Positions 55,060-63,234 of a stretch of DNA of 64,000 bases are shown piece by piece. Position 1 is the first letter of the stretch. Each line of letters starts with the position of its first letter. The notes beneath the pieces were generated by a model. It saw nothing but the letters and a program-made list of their open reading frames with translations, made no database searches and was not told the origin of the DNA. Both the position numbers and the translations under genes were made by a program. Source of the DNA: Xanthobacteraceae bacterium (GTDB lineage Bacteria; Pseudomonadota; Alphaproteobacteria; Rhizobiales; Xanthobacteraceae); contig DATGLV010000027.1 of NCBI GenBank assembly GCA_035293945.1, positions 11,630 to 75,629 on the forward strand. Direction: 5' to 3'.

Positions 55060-55073
55060 GGCGCGCGCGAACC

Positions 55074-56153
55074 TCAGTGTTTGTCGAGCACCATCACCTT
55101 GGAGACGAAGGCATGGGTCGTGCGCACCAGCGCCAGGCCGCAGGATGCGCCCAGCGCCGCGAACTCTTCATCGAGATAGCTCACGTAATAGGGCTCGTGA
55201 TAGTTCTGGGGGAACAGCTCCAGCATGCCGTCATAATCCGGCTCGTCGCCGCGCTGGAGCGAATCAAGGATGACCAGGCGCCCGCCCGGCTTGAGCACGC
55301 GCGCAACCTCGCACAGGACCGTGCGCCGCACTTTCGGCGGCAGCTCATGGAATAGAAAGTCCGCAGTCACCGCGTCTTGGCTCGCATCGGCGAGCGGAAT
55401 GGCTTCCGCGTTGGCGACCAGCACGTCGACCCAGCCCCAGCGGCGTAGCTGTTGCCGGGCCTCGGCCACATAGGCTTCCGACAGGTCGATACCGATCGCG
55501 GCAAGTCGCGGCCAAACTTGCTTGCAGCAATCAAGCGCACGCCCGGTGCCGCAACCGATATCGAGGAGGCGCAAGCTCCGTTGGTCGCGGCCGGCGAAAA
55601 TCTCGGCAAGCGGCGGCAGCACTTGGCGGCGCGTCACATTGGCGGTGCCGTGCAGCAACACCTCGACTTGCGTGTCGTAGCGGCGCGCGGAATCGCGCGT
55701 CATCCAGCCGCCCGACTGGAAATGGAAGTTCTGCAGGTAATAGGCGGGGCGCTTGCCGCGCGTCTCTTCGTTGAAGACCTCGCGTGGCTCGCCGTTCTCG
55801 CGCCGGCGGTGGATGTCGGGAAGGTCTTCGAAGAACAGGCGCGAGCGGGCGAGAAGCTGCGGCAGCGGACCGTCGTGATCGGCAGGCAGCGGATAGATCC
55901 CGGCCTCCACATTGGCGAGGTCCTGGCGAAACAGCGCTGCCATGTCGGCGTAGAGGCGATTGCGATCCGGCACCGGCGCGTCCGTGTGCGGCTTGGCGCG
56001 CGTGCTCGCCTCGCCCGACTGGCGCGCTGCCTGGGCGAGGCGGCGCATGATGGCGTTGTGCCCTACATACCAGGCAAAGCGCGGCAGCTGCCGCGCCCCA
56101 TAGGCCACGCGTGTGGCAAGGCGGGATAGGCCATCAGGCAAGGGATCGGTCAT
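55074..56153 (-). CDS. class I SAM-dependent methyltransferase
   Basis: Motif I is LLDIGCGTG and the post-II/III region is VLKPGGRLVILD. I chose the ATG at 56153. Confidence 0.8.
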   Translation of the reverse strand: MTDPLPDGLSRLATRVAYGARQLPRFAWYVGHNAIMRRLAQAARQSGEASTRAKPHTDAPVPDRNRLYADMAALFRQDLANVEAGIYPLPADHDGPLPQLLARSRLFFEDLPDIHRRRENGEPREVFNEETRGKRPAYYLQNFHFQSGGWMTRDSARRYDTQVEVLLHGTANVTRRQVLPPLAEIFAGRDQRSLRLLDIGCGTGRALDCCKQVWPRLAAIGIDLSEAYVAEARQQLRRWGWVDVLVANAEAIPLADASQDAVTADFLFHELPPKVRRTVLCEVARVLKPGGRLVILDSLQRGDEPDYDGMLELFPQNYHEPYYVSYLDEEFAALGASCGLALVRTTHAFVSKVMVLDKH

Positions 56154-56399
56154 GTGCAGGTTCAGCGGGTGCCGCTCAGCGGATATTCGTCGCCAGCATA
56201 CATCCGCAGCACGGCGATTGGCATGCGGCATGGTGGGCGCGGCTTGGCGCCCCGGTCATTCCCCCTCCACAAATCCAGCCGCCTTGGCAAGATCAGCAAG
56301 GATTGGGCCGGCTGTTGGAATCAGTTGCGGATCGGGTGCGGGCGCGCAATCATCTCTGGCGGAGGCTTGCGCTACGCATTCGCCCTTGCATGGACCGAG

Positions 56400-56861
56400 A
56401 TGTTCTGGATCATTCTTTTGCTTGCCGTTCATTTGCTGGCCGCCGTGTTCTGGGTCGGCGGCATGGCATTTGCCTATACGATGCTGCGCCCGGCCGCGGG
56501 TGCGCTCGATCCGCCGGTGCGATTGCCGCTGTGGCGGCGCGTGTTCACCGGCTTCTTTCCCTGGGTCGGGCTCAGCATTGTGGTCCTGTTGGTGAGCGGC
56601 TTTGCGATGATCTTTCTGCTGTTCGGCTCGTTTGCGGACGCACCGCCCTATGTGCATGCCATGATGGGGGTCGGCATCCTGATGATGCTGCTTTACCTGC
56701 ATCTCATCTTCGCACCCTGGCGCCGCTTTCGCGCAGCCCTCGACGGCGGCGCGCTGGCGGAGGCGGCGAAGAGCCTCAATCAGATCCGCCTGATCGTGGC
56801 GATCAATCTGGTGCTCGGAGCCCTCACACTCGTCATCGGGGGCACCGGGCGCTATTGGTGA
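56400..56861 (+). CDS. small four-TM membrane protein (CopD-like / DUF-type)
   Basis: The ATG at 56400 gives MFWIILLLAVHLLAAVFWVGGMAF, a typical CopD-like first helix. 153 aa. Confidence 0.55.
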   Translation: MFWIILLLAVHLLAAVFWVGGMAFAYTMLRPAAGALDPPVRLPLWRRVFTGFFPWVGLSIVVLLVSGFAMIFLLFGSFADAPPYVHAMMGVGILMMLLYLHLIFAPWRRFRAALDGGALAEAAKSLNQIRLIVAINLVLGALTLVIGGTGRYW

Positions 56862-56894
56862 CGTCGATCACGCTCTCGGTGATGCTGCAGGCCC

Positions 56895-57488
56895 GTGTGC
56901 AACGACTACGGCAACCACGTTTCCTATGACCGGTATGTCGAGGCGTTCAGCCACCTCAAGCTGCCGCTGTTCGTGCAAGGCAACGGACCTGATCTGACGC
57001 CGCGCGACGATATCCATATCCGCGACACCGCGCCGGTCATCCTGCGCGAGGGCGAGCGCGCCCGGTTGACCGAGCTCACCTGGGCGCCGCGCGACCGCAA
57101 CAAGAAGCCGGTGTTCAACTTTCGCGCCGAGGGCCGCCGGTTCGGCAAGACCAAACGATGCCTGATCCCTGCCTCGCATTTCTATGAATTCACCGTCGCC
57201 GCGCACGCCAGGCAGAAGCACAAGGACAAATGGCAGTTCGCGCTCGCGGGCAGCGATTGGTTCTGCATTGCGGGAATCGTCCGGAAGGATGCGATCGACG
57301 GCGCTGACTGCTTCACCATGCTGACCACTTCTCCGGGCCCTGACGTCAGCCCCTATCACGATCGGCAGGTTGTGGTGCTGCGTCCGCCGGACTGGCGCGC
57401 CTGGCTTGACCTATCGCGACCCGAGGGCGACTTGCTGCAGCCCCTTGCGGTTGGCTCGCTGAGCGTCGCGCGCGCAGCGCCCAAATGA
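56895..57488 (+). CDS. SOS-response-associated peptidase (SRAP/YedK family)
   Basis: It starts at a GTG followed by Cys2 (MCNDY). The FNFRAEG, CLIPASHFYEF and YHDRQVVVL motifs are present. Confidence 0.85.
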   Translation: MCNDYGNHVSYDRYVEAFSHLKLPLFVQGNGPDLTPRDDIHIRDTAPVILREGERARLTELTWAPRDRNKKPVFNFRAEGRRFGKTKRCLIPASHFYEFTVAAHARQKHKDKWQFALAGSDWFCIAGIVRKDAIDGADCFTMLTTSPGPDVSPYHDRQVVVLRPPDWRAWLDLSRPEGDLLQPLAVGSLSVARAAPK

Positions 57489-57531
57489 TTTGATTTCCAC
57501 CGGCGAGGATCGGTCGACAATGCGACCTCGA

Positions 57532-57849
57532 TCACTTGTCGCTTCCGGTTGCGTGCATCCGGGCTCGCTCGCCGGCCGGACGGGGAATTTGGCTGGCCGC
57601 GCATGCGCCTGCCTGGCGATAGCAGACGGTGTTGTAGCAGGCAACGAGCGGCCAGCCGCCGCCCGGCACGCTCCAGTTACACACTGGCACGCAGTCATCC
57701 AATATTCTTCCGCAATCCGGCCCCGGATATGTCGGGTAGAGGCGAGCGGGCCGCGCACCCGCGGAATCGATCGATCCCGCTGCAGACAGGCAGATTGCCA
57801 AAATGAAGAGAAGACCTGAACGGCAACGACGAACGCGCCGACAATCCAT
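57532..57849 (-). CDS. candidate small secreted cysteine-rich protein
   Basis: The ATG at 57849 has a GGGAGG ribosome-binding site 5 nt upstream. The signal-like N-terminus is MDCRRVRRCRSGLLFILAICLSAAGSIDSAGA. The mature part has 6 Cys. No homologue was recognised. Confidence 0.4.
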   Translation of the reverse strand: MDCRRVRRCRSGLLFILAICLSAAGSIDSAGARPARLYPTYPGPDCGRILDDCVPVCNWSVPGGGWPLVACYNTVCYRQAGACAASQIPRPAGERARMHATGSDK

Positions 57850-58022
57850 GGGTGCCTCCCGGCAAATGGACACAAGGCCGCTGTTAGAACACCCGCGGCG
57901 GTTCCCGGGTTCCCTCGCTTAGCCGCTCCTTGGCGCGGGATCGCCCTTGTGGGCGCCCGCAGGGGACGTAAAATGACGTCCAACAGCGCCACAACATCAA
58001 TCAACCCAGCTGGAGGAAACCC

Positions 58023-58793
58023 GTGTTTCGCACAACATGCCTGTTCGGCCTGGTGACCGTAATTGGCGCCGCCTCGCTTCCATCGGCGAATGCGGCCGAA
58101 ATCAAGGTGCTCGACGCCAATGCGCTCACCATCGCGATGAAGGAGATCGCCGCCGACTACACCAAGGAGACCGGCAACACGGTGACCTTCGTGGGTGTCA
58201 ATCCGGGCCAGGTCGAGCAGCGGATCAAGGCCGGCGAGGTTTATGATCTCGTCATCACCGCGACCGAGTCGGCGGCGGCCTTCGAAAAGGAGGGCCGGTG
58301 GATTCCCGGCAGCCGCCATCCGCTCGCGCGGGTCGGCATCGGGGTTGCGGTGCGCGACGGCGTCAAGGTTGATCTCTCGAGCGTTGAGTCGACCAAGAAG
58401 CTGCTCATGGACGCCAAGAGCGTCATGTACAGCAATCCGAGTGGCGGGGGCCTCAGCGGCATCAATGCCAAGAAGGTGGTTGCCAATCTAGGCCTCACCG
58501 ATGCGATCGCGCCGAAGCTCACGCTGTCCAAGGACCTGGCGAGCGGGCAGGCAGAGATTGCCAAGGGCGACATCGATGTCGGCCTGTTCAATCTCAGCGA
58601 GATTCCGCGAGCGCCCGGCGTGACGCGCGCGGGGCCGGTCCCGGCAGCCGTTGAGGTCTACATCAATTACGATTCGGCGGTGCCGGTGACCAACAAGGCG
58701 CCGGAAGCCGCGCTCGCACTTCTGCGCTACTTCCATCGCGCAGAGTCAAAGCCGGTTTGGGACAAGGCCGGGCTCGAAGTAGTCGGGGAATGA
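58023..58793 (+). CDS. ModA-like (PBP type 2, SBP_bac_11-like) periplasmic binding protein, orphan
   Basis: The GTG start has a GGAGGA ribosome-binding site. The signal peptide ends ANA|AE. A molybdate/tungstate-binding-like pattern is present, but no permease or ATPase is adjacent. Confidence 0.65.
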   Translation: MFRTTCLFGLVTVIGAASLPSANAAEIKVLDANALTIAMKEIAADYTKETGNTVTFVGVNPGQVEQRIKAGEVYDLVITATESAAAFEKEGRWIPGSRHPLARVGIGVAVRDGVKVDLSSVESTKKLLMDAKSVMYSNPSGGGLSGINAKKVVANLGLTDAIAPKLTLSKDLASGQAEIAKGDIDVGLFNLSEIPRAPGVTRAGPVPAAVEVYINYDSAVPVTNKAPEAALALLRYFHRAESKPVWDKAGLEVVGE

Positions 58794-58823
58794 AGAAGAA
58801 GGAAGCAAACCCAGGAGGACACA

Positions 58824-58982
58824 ATGGCGAACCGTGAGCAGCGCAACAACCGCGAGAAGAAGAAGCCGAAAGCCGAGAAGAACAAGATCAAGAGCCAGAC
58901 CCCGGCCTCGCTCTTCTCAGCGCCCCGCAATCCGCCGGCCACAAGCCCGGCCCCGGCGCAGGCCGCAAAGAAGAACCCCTGA
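58824..58982 (+). CDS. candidate 52-aa highly basic protein
   Basis: It is not in the ORF track because it is under 60 aa. The ATG at 58824 is preceded by CAGGAGGA. It reads MANREQRNNREKKKPKAEKNKIKSQTPASLFSAPRNPPATSPAPAQAAKKNP. Its stop lies 3 nt before the next ATG. Confidence 0.4.
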   Translation: MANREQRNNREKKKPKAEKNKIKSQTPASLFSAPRNPPATSPAPAQAAKKNP

Positions 58983-58985
58983 AGC

Positions 58986-59030
58986 ATGTTTCTGAGACGT
59001 GGCTTTCTGAGATCTGGCTTTCTGAGATCT
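58986..59030 (+). repeat. three tandem 15-bp units at the 5' end of the CDS
   Basis: The units are atgtttctgagacgt / ggctttctgagatct / ggctttctgagatct. The last two are identical. They encode MFLRR-GFLRS-GFLRS. Confidence 0.85.
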
Positions 59031-59855
59031 GGCGCGGGCTTGTTGCTGGCCGTAGCGATAACTGCGCTCGCGACGGGCGTGCCTGCGCCCGCACGCGCCG
59101 CGGAAGGCGCAAAGTTTCCGGATTGGTCCGGGCAATGGGAGCGAATCGGCAACGGCTCATTCGATCCGAACAAGCGGCCGGAACGCGGCCAGCAGCCGCC
59201 TCTGACGGCCGCTTACCGGGCGACCTGGGAAGCCAACATGGCCGAGGAGGCCGCCGGCGGGCAGAGCTATAATACCCAGGTGCATTGCCTGCCGGGGGGC
59301 ATGCCGCGAATGATGACTGCCTATCAGCCCATGGAGGTCATCGTCACCCCGGAGGCGACCTACATTGCGATCCAGTTCTTCCGCGAGCTCCGACGCATTT
59401 ACACGGACGGGCGCGACTGGCCCGCGCAAATCACGCCGACGTTCTCAGGTTATTCCATCGGCCGCTGGACTGTTACCGGCGGAAGCTTCGACGCGCTCGA
59501 GGTCGAGACCCGTGCTCTCAAAGGGCCGCGCATCCTCGACCCGAGCGGCATACCGGTCGCCGACGACAATCAATCGATCGTCAGGGAACGCTTCGCGCTC
59601 GACGGAGCCAATGCCGACATCCTGCACGATGTCATCACCCTCTTCGATCATGCGCTGACCCGGCCGTGGACGGTGGACAAGACCTATCGGCGTGTGCGCG
59701 ATCCGACCTGGCTTGAGGACATTTGCGCCGAGAACAACAACTATGTGTTCGTCGGCAAGGAATCCTATTTCCGCAGCGTCGATGGCAAGCTCATGCCCAC
59801 CCGCAAGAATCAGCCGCCGCCGGAGTTGCGCGGCTTCGACGCGAAGGCGCCTTGA
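58986..59855 (+). CDS. secreted hypothetical protein
   Basis: The signal peptide ends APARA|AEG. The conserved-looking core is DWSGQWERIG...CLPGGMPRMM...PMEVIVTPE...RRIYTDGRDWP. I cannot name a family. Confidence 0.6.
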   Translation: MFLRRGFLRSGFLRSGAGLLLAVAITALATGVPAPARAAEGAKFPDWSGQWERIGNGSFDPNKRPERGQQPPLTAAYRATWEANMAEEAAGGQSYNTQVHCLPGGMPRMMTAYQPMEVIVTPEATYIAIQFFRELRRIYTDGRDWPAQITPTFSGYSIGRWTVTGGSFDALEVETRALKGPRILDPSGIPVADDNQSIVRERFALDGANADILHDVITLFDHALTRPWTVDKTYRRVRDPTWLEDICAENNNYVFVGKESYFRSVDGKLMPTRKNQPPPELRGFDAKAP

Positions 59856-60020
59856 GTCGAGACGCTGGCGCATGTTCCGGAAAAGCGGACACCGGTCTTC
59901 CGAACAGAACATGCACAAATGCAAAGAGGCAGAGCGCATTCCGATCCCGTCAAATCGGAATACGCTCTAGACGCGCCATCGCAGACATGCCACCGATGTT
60001 GTTATACCGATGTTATTATC

Positions 60021-60551
60021 ATGAGCGAAACGGAACGGGCCTGCGGCTCCTGCTCCCTTTGCTGCAAGCTCCTCTCGATCGAGGGCGTGGAGGATCGCCC
60101 GCCTTGGACGTGGTGCCGGCATTGCCGGCCCGGCAGGGGCGGCTGCAGCATCTACGCGGATCGCCCCACAGCCTGCCGCACATTCATATGCGGCTGGCTT
60201 TCGGGCGCGCTCGATTCCGTGCTTGATCGCGAGCGCTGGCACCCCACCAAAGCACGCATGATGCTCACCGCGGAAGCCGTCGATCCCGACGTTCACGTGG
60301 TCGTTCACGTCGATCCGAGCTTACCGGAACGCTGGCGCGAGGCGCCCTTTCGCGAGGACATCAGCGCGCTTGCGCGGGAAATACCAGACCAGCAGCGCCT
60401 GTTCGTGCGCATCAAGTATCGGCTGATCGAGATCACCGCATCGGGCGAGATAGATCACGGCGAGGTCCCGATGGCAGGATGGACCGGCGAGAAGAACGCG
60501 AGCCTCGCCGATCGTTTTCGCCGCACCAGCACGGGTTTTGTGCGCAGGTGA
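60021..60551 (+). CDS. YkgJ-family Cys-cluster (CxxCxxCC) protein
   Basis: The ATG at 60021 gives MSETERACGSCSLCCKLL...WCRHC......C.IY..RP..CR.F.C. Confidence 0.65.
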   Translation: MSETERACGSCSLCCKLLSIEGVEDRPPWTWCRHCRPGRGGCSIYADRPTACRTFICGWLSGALDSVLDRERWHPTKARMMLTAEAVDPDVHVVVHVDPSLPERWREAPFREDISALAREIPDQQRLFVRIKYRLIEITASGEIDHGEVPMAGWTGEKNASLADRFRRTSTGFVRR

Positions 60552-60686
60552 AGGGCAGCGGGGCGCGCTATCGGCCGCCGTTCTGATGCAACCAACGGCA
60601 AGCATTCTGCGTTGAGTGCGGCGGCGGATCGACCTTCCATGCATCGACCCAAAATGCAAAGGGCATCGCCGCGCCCACGGAGTCGC

Positions 60687-61553
60687 ATGAAAGCCCTTTC
60701 AGACCGAGACATCGTTCGCGACTGCCTCGCCTGCGGCCTGCCCCGCCCGCACCTTTACCTCTACGAGAAATGCGGCTGCGCAATCTGGAAATGCGCAAGC
60801 TGCGGGCTCGGTGGCGCGGACGCCGCCAGCTTCGATCCGGCGGCATTCTATACCGGTGACTACTTCACCGGGGCCTGTAGCGATGGCTACGCCGACTACC
60901 CGGGGGCGGAATCCGTGCTGCGGCGCGAATTCGCCCGGACCGCAAGCTTCATCGCCAAGCAGCGAGCGGCGGGCAGGCTTCTCGATGTCGGCTGCGCCTA
61001 CGGCTACTTCTTGCAGGAGGCACGGAAATACTTCGAGGTCGCCGGCATCGAGCTCGCCGAGGAAGCCGCGGAGCACTGCCGTCGAGCTGGACTCAATGTC
61101 CTCTCCGGGACAGCCGATAAGGCCAACATGGAGCGCCTGGGCACCTTCGACATAATTACCCTGCTGGACGTCATCGAGCACTTACCCGCGCCGCACGACA
61201 CACTCTCCCTTTGCCGCCGCCATCTGGCGCCGGGCGGGCTGCTTGTGCTCACCACCGGTGATTTCGCCTCACCGCTGGCTCGGATCATGGGCGCCAATTG
61301 GAGATTGATGACTCCGCCGCAGCACCTCTGGTTCTTCACCCGCGAGAGCTTGCGGCGTCTGTCCGGCTCTCTCGGATACACATTGGAAAGTTGCAGCCAT
61401 CCTGCCAAGATCGTGCCAGGCGGGCTCATTTTGTTTCAGCTGAGCAGAATGCTTGGAGTGTCACGACCCATGAAGCCGCCCGGCAATGGAGTCGGCATTC
61501 CGATCAATCTATACGATGCAATGCGTGTTGTTCTGCGAAGGCCGGCGTCATGA
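60687..61553 (+). CDS. class I SAM-dependent methyltransferase with an N-terminal Cys4 zinc-ribbon-like segment
   Basis: The Cys pairs are CLACG...CASCG. Motif I is LLDVGCAYGYF. It also has DIITLLDVIEHL and LAPGGLLVLT. Confidence 0.8.
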   Translation: MKALSDRDIVRDCLACGLPRPHLYLYEKCGCAIWKCASCGLGGADAASFDPAAFYTGDYFTGACSDGYADYPGAESVLRREFARTASFIAKQRAAGRLLDVGCAYGYFLQEARKYFEVAGIELAEEAAEHCRRAGLNVLSGTADKANMERLGTFDIITLLDVIEHLPAPHDTLSLCRRHLAPGGLLVLTTGDFASPLARIMGANWRLMTPPQHLWFFTRESLRRLSGSLGYTLESCSHPAKIVPGGLILFQLSRMLGVSRPMKPPGNGVGIPINLYDAMRVVLRRPAS

Positions 61554-61918
61554 TGCAGGATCGTCTGACTCTGTTCCAGATCACCCTCTTGTCGATTTAT
61601 GCCGCCGGAATGGCGGGCGGGCAAATCTTGTTTAAGATGGCGGCGCTTCAGTACGGTGCAGAGGGCGCCGGGCGCAATGTGCTCGGCCTGGTCTGGAATA
61701 TCTATTTCCTGGCGGCGGCCGTCCTGTACGCCGCATACGCGGTGTTCTGGGCCTGGATTCTCACCTTCACTCCGCTGTCGCGCGCGTATCCGTTCGCCGC
61801 CCTGGCTTTCGCGGTCACCCCGCTATTGGGCGCAGTCTTGTTTGGCGAGCTGATCACCATACGGCTGGTGATAGGCTTGGCGCTGATCCTGTGCGGCCTG
61901 CTGCTGGTGACCGCCTGA
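61550..61918 (+). CDS. small EamA/SMR-like 4-TM protein (ArnE/ArnF-like candidate flippase subunit)
   Basis: It has an ATGA overlap with the methyltransferase stop. 122 aa with four hydrophobic helices, ending GLALILCGLLLV. Confidence 0.6.
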   Translation: MMQDRLTLFQITLLSIYAAGMAGGQILFKMAALQYGAEGAGRNVLGLVWNIYFLAAAVLYAAYAVFWAWILTFTPLSRAYPFAALAFAVTPLLGAVLFGELITIRLVIGLALILCGLLLVTA

Positions 61919-62023
61919 GGAACTTTTCCCGCGTGCCGGCGGTTGTATCGCGGGGCTGACAAGTCGGGAAAGCTACGTTGCCGTGGGGGTCGGCGCCTTT
62001 TTTGTAAATGGCGGGCGCGCAAG

Positions 62024-62710
62024 ATGGCAACGACGATACCAGCCAACTGGGTCATATGCCCGGCTTACAACGAGGCGGCAACGATCGGGCCGGTCGTCGC
62101 GGAGCTGCGACGGGCAGGCTATCGGGTTGTCGTCGTAGACGATGGATCCAACGACCAAACAGCGCGCCTGGCGGCGGATGCGGGTGCCGATCTTGTGGTC
62201 CATCCGATAAATTTGGGACAGGGCGCGGCTCTGCAAACGGGCATAGAGTACGCTCTCCAACAGGGCGCCGAGACGCTTGTGACGTTCGATGCCGACGGCC
62301 AGCATCGCGTCGACGATATCGGGCGCCTGCTCGAAGCAATGCGGGAAGGCAGAGCTGAATTCGCGCTGGGCAGCCGATTCATCGGTCATGCCACAAACTT
62401 GCCAGCTCTTCGCCGCCGGCTATTGCAAGCGGCTGTCGTCTTCACAAGACTGACCACCGGACTGCAGGTTTCGGACGCACATAATGGACTGCGCGCCATG
62501 ACCCGCCGCGGAGCCGCCACCATTCATCTGCGTCAGAATCGCATGGCGCACGCCTCGGAAATCCTCGCTGAAATCGCCCGTAGCGCTCTGCGTTATGTCG
62601 AGGTCCCGGTCACTATCGAGTACACGACGTATTCGCTCGCCAAGGGGCAGCGGCTGGGCGATTCCCTGCTCATTCTGCGGGATCTCATCGCGCAGGGGCT
62701 GGCCCGATGA
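62024..62710 (+). CDS. family-2 glycosyltransferase (polyprenyl-phosphate sugar synthase type, ArnC/GtrB/DPM1-like)
   Basis: It reads VICPAYNEAATIG, VVVDDGSND and TFDADGQH (the DxD region). Confidence 0.85.
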   Translation: MATTIPANWVICPAYNEAATIGPVVAELRRAGYRVVVVDDGSNDQTARLAADAGADLVVHPINLGQGAALQTGIEYALQQGAETLVTFDADGQHRVDDIGRLLEAMREGRAEFALGSRFIGHATNLPALRRRLLQAAVVFTRLTTGLQVSDAHNGLRAMTRRGAATIHLRQNRMAHASEILAEIARSALRYVEVPVTIEYTTYSLAKGQRLGDSLLILRDLIAQGLAR

Positions 62711-63084
62711 TCGCGCAATGCACCCTGTCGTTCGTTCTGCTTGGAGTGATCGGCTATGCTTGGACCGAGTACCGCCGGTCTCCGGTGGTTGCTCTGCTAT
62801 CGGCTTGCACCGCTGCCGGCGGATTTTATTTCGTCTGGTTCCCGGCCCAAAGCAATCAATTGGCGGAGTTCGCCGGGGTTGGCCGTGGGTCTGACCTGAT
62901 CGTCTATACATGGGCCGCACTAAGCCTGCTCGTCATGCTCAATCTGCATCTGAAGCTTCGCTTCCAGCTCGAGCTGATCACCGTGCTGGCGCGGAGGCTG
63001 GCCCTGGCCAACTGCGCGACGAACGGCCGTGCGCCGGCGCCGGAAGCTTCTCCGTTGCGTGACCGGGTTACGGGTAGCGATTGA
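62707..63084 (+). CDS. DUF2304-like small membrane protein
   Basis: It has a 4-nt overlap with the GT2 stop. It has three or four TM helices followed by an amphipathic tail. This is the typical GT2 companion, recognised from memory. Confidence 0.6.
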   Translation: MIAQCTLSFVLLGVIGYAWTEYRRSPVVALLSACTAAGGFYFVWFPAQSNQLAEFAGVGRGSDLIVYTWAALSLLVMLNLHLKLRFQLELITVLARRLALANCATNGRAPAPEASPLRDRVTGSD

Positions 63085-63234
63085 CCGTTGCTCCAACCAC
63101 GGCATTGGGCGTGCGCCGCAATCCATCCGACCGCTCCTGCGCCGATTGTCATTGCGGCAATCTCCCGTCATCACGCCGCGCGCTCTCCCCTGATAGCAGT
63201 CGTCAGCCGCCCGCGCGGAGCATGAGGAGCTGGT

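Noticed and set aside
57874-58022. A possible Moco or other riboswitch in the leader of the ModA-like binding protein gene. It contains the hairpin GGACGT-aaaatg-ACGTCC.
   Set aside because: I cannot recognise the conserved Moco-riboswitch core by eye. A covariance-model scan (Rfam) would be required to call it.
57411-58319. A 302-aa reverse ORF spanning the gap and the start of the ModA-like gene.
   Set aside because: It has no motifs and overlaps two better-supported features, the Cys-rich ORF in another frame and the binding-protein gene. It is a GC shadow.
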